Of a DNA stretch of 64,000 bases, positions 55,758 through 64,000 are shown in pieces. Both the position numbers and the translations under genes were made by a program. The notes under the pieces were generated by a model, which was given only the letters and a program-made list of their open reading frames with translations, had not been told where the DNA came from and searched no databases. The stretch's first letter is position 1. Each line of letters starts with the position of its first letter. Location of the stretch: assembly GCF_006345805.1 (NCBI RefSeq), contig NC_043008.1:1984001-2048000 (forward strand), in the 5' to 3' direction. Source of the stretch: Octopus sinensis (Eukaryota).

Positions 55758-56231
55758 TTATTATTACTATTATTATTATTATTATTATTATTATTATCAT
55801 CATCATCATATATTATATTATTATTATATATTATTATTATTATTATTATATTATTATTATTATATTATTTTTATTATTATTATTATTATCACTGCTATTA
55901 TTATTATTATTATTATTATATTATCACTGCTATTATTTATTATATTATTATTATTATTATCGTTGTTATATTATCATTAAAATAATATCATAATATATAT
56001 AATTATAAATATTGAGTTATATAAGACCCAAAACAGGAATAGTTTCTACAAATGTCAATTGCAACATTTTGCTCTGATTAAATATATAGGCAGCGATGTG
56101 TGCGCGTGTAAATTCCATTTATTCAATATATATGTGTTTGGTGTCTGGTGTTTATGTATACTACACATAAATAATACATTACATACATATATGTAAACAT
56201 ATATATATATATATATATGTATGCATGTAAT

Positions 56232-56265
<34 letters not shown>

Positions 56266-57532
56266 ATATATTATACATACATATATATAAATGTAAATAT
56301 ATATAATATATATATATATATAATATATATAATATTATATATATATAGTTGTTCTGCTTGTGAATGTGTGTGTATGTGTAGGCATTGTATATACAACATC
56401 TAATAATATTTAGAATTATAATGCGAATATCTAAGATCTTTAGAAAGTTCACTTTTGAATCGGACTGAAAAAGCCTTGAAGAATGCAAACTTCAAATGAC
56501 AGATTCTGAAATAAATCACAGTAATGCCAGTAACAGGAATAACACTACAACAATAAATAGAAAACTGGCGAGCGCTTGTGAGAATTCCTCTATTACACTT
56601 TGAAAGAACTTTGTCTTTCTCATCTGAAACTTTTGCTCTGCGCACTTTCCCCATGCAATCTTCAGATGAATTATCATCCCCCATTGTTGACCCTAACAAT
56701 GGCTATTAGCTGACTTCTGACCTTTTGGCTCTCTGTCTGCTTGCCGAACATGTCAGAGCAATGTGAATTGTCTTCAATCAGCTTTTCACCTTTCTCATTG
56801 CATTTGTATGACCTTTGTGGCTTCAAAGGCTGTTATTGCTAATATGAAGTCTTCTTTTCTACTTACGCATTGTATCTCCTATTTCCCTCGCTCTTCCATT
56901 CTCTAACTCTTATCCTTTCGACTTCACTTTCGTGGTATTTCTCTTTCCTTCACTTTCCTTGCATTGTTCAGGTTCTCCAAAACCACTGACCTTTGTTCAG
57001 TGCAAATTAATGCTAGTGACGCCAGAACAATAGCGAATATTAAACATATGAAACCAAACACAGAATACATACATATTGTAATTATACGAAATATTAGGTT
57101 TAAATTGTTTCCTATTTTCAGGTGTTTCTACCTCAGTTTTTTCTTTTTAATTTCTGAATGTTAAATCCAAGATTTAACGGAACGGAAGTATTCCGTTTGT
57201 AACTATAATGAAAATGTTTATTTTTCACCTGTGTTTCTTTCATTATTATGAATATTACATATTGATAATAATCGAGTTTTCCTTAAATGCCATTTGGGAT
57301 CAAACAATACGAAAAGTTTTGGATTTCTAATCTCCAACTAAATATTTCGATTGTCTGTATTATGATTGTCTCTATTGTAAATGTCCTAAATAATAAAAGT
57401 ATTAGCCAGATAGGTTTATGCATTTACTTCACCATGTATAGCACTGTGTTCGAACCTTGCTGAATGTGTGAGAATTGTTTAATATCCACAACAGTTTGTT
57501 TAAAGTGTTAATACATAATTACTTACTTTAAT

Positions 57533-57746
57533 GCGGCGAGCTGCCAGAAACGTTAGCATGCCGGACGAAATGTTTAGCGATATTTCGTCAATCTTTACGT
57601 TCTGATTTCATATTCCGCTGAGGTCGACTTTGCCTTTCATCCTTTCCGGCTCGATAAATTAAGTATCAGTCGCGTACTAGGGTCGATCTAATCGAATGGC
57701 TCCCTCCTCCAAAATTTCGGGCCTTGTTCCTCGAGTAGAAAAGAAT
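57533..57746 (+). mobile_element. SINE family B, full length
   Basis: ggcgagctgccagaaacgttagc head, gttctgatttcatattccg B-box region, gtcgactttgcctttcatcctttc, tail ccttgttcctcgagtagaaaagaat. Confidence 0.85.
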
Positions 57747-57967
57747 GCAAAATTACTTATAAAATATTAGCAGACGCAGTAGAAAGTGGTGGAATAAAAT
57801 GAGGGAGATATGATTCAATATTGACTTATATTAAACGCAACATACACTCCGCGAGGAAATGAATAAAAACTTTTTAATGCGAGCATCTTATACATTAACT
57901 ATGATAATAATCTACATCGACTATACACACACATACACACACACAAACAAACACGCACACGCACATA

Positions 57968-58765
57968 CAGGGTGCGGTGTGTAAATTGTCGCTATTTATA
58001 TATTTAATTTCACGCATGGGCGTTGTTATTGATTTTTGTCTACAGCATATAGTAGGGTTTGGATGATGCGATAAGCTCTGCCAGAAATTTGGAAACGACA
58101 TGGTGTATATTTGCGCCCGGAAGCTCCAGTACAAACATTTCAGAGTGTTTGTGAGTCAGTCTCGGAACAGTACAATCGGAGGACGTGTACCGAGATCGAT
58201 AAGCATCAAATATCCAATCAACATCATGCTGCATGATCACTAGTGATAGTGATTCTATGCCTTCTTTCATCTTCCGACACAGCGTCGCACTCAACGCGGA
58301 CGCCTACATCAAGTGTCTGGAGAAGGTAATGCAGTATTAGGTAAAGTGGGTGGTTGTATGTTTGGTTACAGGACTCTGCACCATGCCACACAATAGACAA
58401 TTTATGCGACGATATCACCCCTAACATGTGGTCACCTCACTCCGTAGACTGCAACCACCTGGATCAATCTGCATAGGGCGCAGATGAAACGAGGGACCAA
58501 ACAATCTCCTTGTAACACTGAAGAGGAACATAATGCAAGGATTATGGCAGCATTCCAGCATCTTAAAGAATGGTATTACCTAGAAGAGTTGCAGAAGATT
58601 CCGAAGTCGTCGAATCCAATGGCGATTTTATTGAATAAATTTACTATTTAGTATTTCAAGATATTTTTATGTAATTTTGGTGAATATATCTGTTGAAGTG
58701 AGATCTCATTGTTATTTGCATTTTATCGTAATTTAGACGACAGTTTGTTCAGCGCAAAAGCATAT
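57968..58765 (+). mobile_element. Internally deleted mariner/maT-like DNA transposon with decayed transposase (58077-58638)
   Basis: LPEIWKRH..GSSSTNISECL*VSLGTVQ, then a deletion, then KYPINIM..ITSDSDSMPSFIF..LNADAYIKCLEKV..QDSAPCHT..TPNMWSPHSVDCNHLD..NGDFIE*. Degenerate TIRs: TA|cagggtgcggtgtgtaaattgtcg versus cgacagtttgttcagcgc. Confidence 0.85.
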
Positions 58766-60978
58766 GTATATATATTAGTATCTAATATAATATAATATAT
58801 ATATATAATATATATATATATAATATATATATATATTATATATATGTTATATATATATCTTCTGTGTATGTATGTGTGTATATATATATATATTATATAT
58901 ATGGAGCGAGAGAGAGAGAGAGAGTGAGGAGAGCGATACACAGAATATATATGTATACTAATGTTTTTGAGTTTGTGTGGTGTGTGTGTTATATAATTAT
59001 TTATTCTGTCCTATGTTGCATCTCTTATTAAATATTTTTCTATTATACTGGATATTTTCCAAAATTATTTTAATATGACCTTATGATTATTATTTGAAAT
59101 GTACTCAAAGGTAAATGATACCTGAATGGGATCGTGTGAATATAAAACAACACATAAATGCAGCATTATATGTTAACGAGACGATACATCATATATTATT
59201 CAAACCCAAAGTGAATATCACTTATATTGCTTACTGTAAGAAAATCAGAAACAATTATTGCAAGTTCCTAAACTTCACAGGGATAATAGAACCCATGCGC
59301 ACACCTACCACAATGTGGAAGAAGCTGGAGTCTTATTTCTTTTGTAGAAGATAAATAATATTTTATAGCTTTCGCCATAGTCATTATGAGAATATAGGTG
59401 CAGCATAGATATAATATAATATTGCAAACACCTACGTAAGTGAACCACCAGCAGCTTTGATCATTGTAAAATAACAAAATATATATGCAACACAACACTG
59501 GCTGCAATATGAATGCAGACAAAGCCAAACGATTAAAATCGAAGTATATTACGTTGACGGTCTAGATTTTAGCTTAATGGCTGTTGATGCTTTCGGTATG
59601 TTGGTGACGTTTTATAAAGTGAAAATCCATAATCATATTTCTTTATATATCTTTTCATTTTCATTTGTTTAATATAAAATATTTACTTTTATCCATAAAA
59701 GTTATCCAGTAAATGTCTGTAGTGTAGAAAGCTAGAGTCAAATCTGCTGTAAAAAAACATAGGAGTATATATATTATTGTCACGAATGTTGTGTGTTCAT
59801 CTAACTGAAGGAATCCTTTTTATTCGTAGCTGATTATCAGTAATGGATATTTTAAAGTCTATCTTATACTTCTGAGATCCACAATCACCGGCGACGTTAA
59901 ATATTCTACGCTGGCTTCCTTACATTTTGCAGCTTTGCTGGAGGGCTTTCGCTTTTGCAATTAAGAAAATTGCGGTTATTTCTACAAAGCTGTAATGTGT
60001 TCTACTACATGGCATAATGTTTATGTGCGCCGATTGGTTAATAAGCAGAGCAAAACACCTGACCTGAATGTGATGGTATAATAGAAAATGCGTAATTACG
60101 ATTCTATGTTTCATTATATGAGTTACTCGGCAGCGAGTAAAGGACAGAAAACCGACTGCCCGAACCCCCATCGCAGTGGTGCCGGCGTCGGAGTGACGAA
60201 AATGATGCTGTTTTAATGGTACCAGACTTATCTGTTCGTTGGCATTTTTTCGCTGTCCCGTTCGGACTCGCTTTTCTGCCAGGTCGTCATTCTTGAAAGA
60301 TACTTTTACACGACCAGTTACCATTATAGTAAGATATCTGCTTTGGCTGCATCTCTAAGTTTGTGGTCGCCAAAGTGGGACGTTATTTCACTGCGGTCAC
60401 AAAACTTGGAAAGGATGAATATTGAAGTTATTCATAATTCAAATTGATGTGTGTTGGGAGTCCCAGTTTTGGTGTGGGAAATGAAAGCCGCCGGTGTGAA
60501 AAGACTATTCATTTTTCCTTTTTCGGTGGAGTGACTTCGTGTTGGAATATGGACATCTTATCTACTTTTTCGGCTGTTATTATTTGGTTACAACATCAGG
60601 GTTAATGATTTCCGTGACAGGAAGATATGTGTTTCCAGGAAAGTCGAACGTTACCAATTTAGGCTATATTTGAATGGTTGTATGTGTTTCGACTCTGTTG
60701 TATACAATCGCGTGTTAATACATAAAAAAAAACATAGTTAAGTACAGCCTTATTGTTTTTGATGTAATTTAAGGTATTTGCATTTGTAAATACCAGTAGA
60801 GAAGTGTTGGAAGCTAGACTCGAACATAGCTGTAAGTATTGTACCGACAAAACAGCTTTGTTTTACATGAGAGGCGTAAACAGGGTTGATTTAATAAATG
60901 CATTTTAATCCGTTATCAATTTCAGCCACGGAAAACACGACTTTGTAAAGGCTATTTTGCTTAAACTCCTGAGGGATG

Positions 60979-61086
60979 CGCCATTTTACTTGCGATTGGC
61001 CAAAGGCAAGGATATGTGCTTTCCTACAGCTTCCTCAACACCGTGAACTTTTTTGGCTAGCTTTCGTTCTTATAAATATGGTAAGT
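60979..61086 (+). promoter_or_regulatory. Candidate promoter/short exon ending in ATG at a consensus donor
   Basis: CGCCATTTT (YY1-like) at 60979, ATTGG at 60995, ctttcctacag| acceptor-like site at 61029 and AAATATG|gtaagt at 61078-61086. Confidence 0.35.
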
Positions 61087-61357
61087 AAGTGTATCTATAA
61101 TAACTCATAGAATGCTATTCTATGTGGTGTTCAGAAGTCGGCTAGCGGATCAGTTAATAACCTGATATTTATTTGATTTTGCAGAAGTAACTGAAAATTT
61201 GAGATCGCGCCAAAACGGTAAAGGAATTGATGATGATTAATTTTTGTCGCTGAAAGAAAGATAACTGTGAGGTTGATGATGATATTCATTATCATGTCGA
61301 CGACAACGACTATTGTGGTGATACTATGATCATAGTCATGTCGTCAATGATAATGAG

Positions 61358-61360
61358 GAA

Positions 61361-61429
<69 letters not shown>

Positions 61430-61450
61430 CATGATGATGAAGTTGATGAT

Positions 61451-61500
<50 letters not shown>

Positions 61501-61541
61501 GTTGATGATGATGATGATGATGATGATCATGATGATGAAGT

Positions 61542-61593
<52 letters not shown>

Positions 61594-61609
61594 GTTGATG
61601 ATGATGATA

Positions 61610-61681
<72 letters not shown>

Positions 61682-61695
61682 GTGATGATGATGCA
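61358..61695. repeat. (GAT)n microsatellite with recurring gatcat/gaagtt interruptions
   Basis: Directly visible; it explains the poly-H, poly-M and poly-S ORFs. Confidence 0.95.
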
Positions 61696-62739
61696 ATCGA
61701 AGCTTCGCTAATGCGAATAATGATCAGTGATGAAATGGAGAATATGGTCAATATTTACACTACAAAATTTCCTTGAGGAAATTCTCTGCTAAAACAAAAT
61801 ACATAAAATAATAAAATAAAATGACTTTACTATGGGAAAATTTTAATAATGTGAAATATCACAGTAGGAGCATACAATAATGAAGAGTGCTTAAACAGTA
61901 AGAATCAGCAACGTTAAGTATATTTAGAAAGAGTTCGTGGCATAGAGAACAAGAGAGATATACTTGAGATTAATTCATGAAATACACTTATTAAAATGTT
62001 GAGTGATACTTCTGAGAACATATTTATTTAGAATTATTATCTTTACACGTAATCTAAAAGAACCTGTGTGCATGCACCAAAATGGCCAGTAAAAATTTGC
62101 CTTCAACTTAACAAGTGCTAAGTCACAGATAAATCTTTTAAATTAAATTACCTCCGATATACTCTCTGCAATGAACACTTCAAGCAAGACAAGAACATAT
62201 TAGATATTATTCAACAGCTGAGAATTTGATAGGTGTTGGTGATACTGCCACTAACAAGCAGGCGCCGAGAACGAGGTAACGAAATAGCTTTCTATTTTAG
62301 ACACAGATAAATATGTTCTATATCACATCAAACCATCTCAAACGCCAGGCCACGTATGGGTAATGAGGTCCTTAAGATGTTAGAATTCCTTTCGCCATAT
62401 GTGAACTCTATTACAAGTGGTGCACAGATAAATTATAGCAATCATATTCAGCAAGTGAAACTGGAAAGTTTTAATTATGTTCAGGGGCCTCGAAGAAAGA
62501 TTCTTGTTGGAAATAAAGCAGCCAGATTTATTCATATAAGCCAGCGGTGTAAGCAGGAATGGTATAGAATTTTCTTTTATATTCTTCACATTCTGCAAGG
62601 TCACAGTCATGATATAATTTGGAAAATAATTTTCTATCAATGAACTTTGAATTCAAACCGTAGAGAAATGAAATATAATTTCAAATTGAGTAAAGAAGTA
62701 CATAAATAAAAATGTATAAACATATATACAAAAACATAC

Positions 62740-62862
62740 GCATATATATAATTTATATATATACTTACCTATAATATATATATATATATGTGTATGTATA
62801 TGTATATATATATATATTTATATATATATATATATAGATATATACATATATATAGTATATAT

Positions 62863-62901
<39 letters not shown>

Positions 62902-62911
62902 CTACATGCAC

Positions 62912-62956
<45 letters not shown>

Positions 62957-63143
62957 ATTATATATAATATATCTATCATATATATATACATATATATAGT
63001 TATATGTGTGTGTGTGTATTTCTGTAGGGATATGAACATATTTGCACGGGAAATCATTATGCGTAATTAATATTATCAGAGTAATAAAGATTTTATAATT
63101 TTTTACTGCCACTCACGTAACGTGGCCTGATATTAATTATATA

Positions 63144-63199
<56 letters not shown>

Positions 63200-63219
63200 A
63201 TAATATATATATATATATA

Positions 63220-63254
<35 letters not shown>

Positions 63255-63260
63255 ATATTA
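62740..63260. repeat. Degenerate (TA)n arrays
   Basis: Directly visible. Many other (TA)n/(CA)n/(TATG)n arrays occur window-wide, e.g. 1104-1220, 3629-3724, 4833-4910, 9378-9484, 21568-21650, 35075-35200. Confidence 0.9.
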
Positions 63261-63564
63261 TATATACCATATACATATACCTATATATTAACTCCGACCG
63301 TGGTCTTTTCCGTAGGGTATTCTTTCCATGGATAAACTTTATATGTCTCTCCTTTTTACACTATTGCATCTGTGATACACAATCCCTATTGTTCGGCCTT
63401 TTCTTTCTTTGTTTTTACGACTCCTTTTGATCGAATGTCTACTCTACCCCCCCTTTTTCTTCTCTTCCAACAAGAAAACTCTACTTTGTATTTTGTCCCC
63501 CTCTGTGTTCAGCTCTGTGTGGCCAATAAGGGAACACACCACAGACCACAGACCAAGCACACAC

Positions 63565-63635
<71 letters not shown>

Positions 63636-63816
63636 ATATATATATAATATCATATACCATATATATATATGGTTATGAAGATAATTTGTAAATACACCCA
63701 AAGGTGTCAGATAATGCTGAGTAAGTGCTCCAGGTTCGATGATTATGTGAATGAGGAGTCCAACGTATGTCCTATATCGGCATCTGTGAAAGATGTTAGA
63801 ACATTTATAAATAAAT

Positions 63817-63862
63817 TCTACGGCTGTTTCTGGGATAATATATTTATCCCTTCATCGGAGAC
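63817..63862 (-). ncRNA. Degenerate hammerhead-like fold (U4->C)
   Basis: GUCU | CCGAUGA | A | GGGAUAA auaua UUAUCCC | a GAA | ACAGCCGU | A. Stem II is a perfect 7 bp, but stems I and III are eroded. Confidence 0.3.
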
Positions 63863-64000
63863 GGTGTGAGAAAATGCTTAAGCAATAGTTAGTTATTTTA
63901 GATATGATATAAAATGCAATATCCCTGCATACATCACGTCTATTTTTATTCTTACACTTTACTCTCTATTTCATATCTTATGGAAGTAACTATTGCTCAA

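Noticed and set aside
59920-60324. 134-aa minus-strand ORF
   Set aside because: No domain; better explained by the locally higher GC content.

Overview
AT-rich, microsatellite-saturated eukaryotic DNA with no protein-coding host gene that I can support. The tRNA-headed SINE families and repeat landscape look like an Octopus (cephalopod) genome; this is recognition from memory, not a database result. Nearly all ORFs in the supplied track are microsatellite translations (poly-IY, HT, I, N, D, K/E). Supported content: (i) three SINE families in many copies; (ii) a 5'-truncated R4/Dong-clade non-LTR retrotransposon (CCHC knuckle + RLE endonuclease) embedded in (AAT)n, plus a near-identical solo 3'UTR also in (AAT)n; (iii) two decayed Tc1/mariner transposases; (iv) MITE-like inverted repeats; (v) two local tandem duplications, one probably an assembly artefact; (vi) a few weak exon/promoter candidates. 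The most interesting signal is a set of minimal type I hammerhead-ribozyme folds of the kind carried by Penelope-like elements (39.7, 39.8, 40.2, 42.1, 63.8 kb). They share an extra nucleotide after A9 and a self-complementary stem III. One family has a compensatory G3-C8 core swap and sits head-to-head in a 288-bp near-perfect palindrome. All structures were folded by eye and none is experimentally verified.
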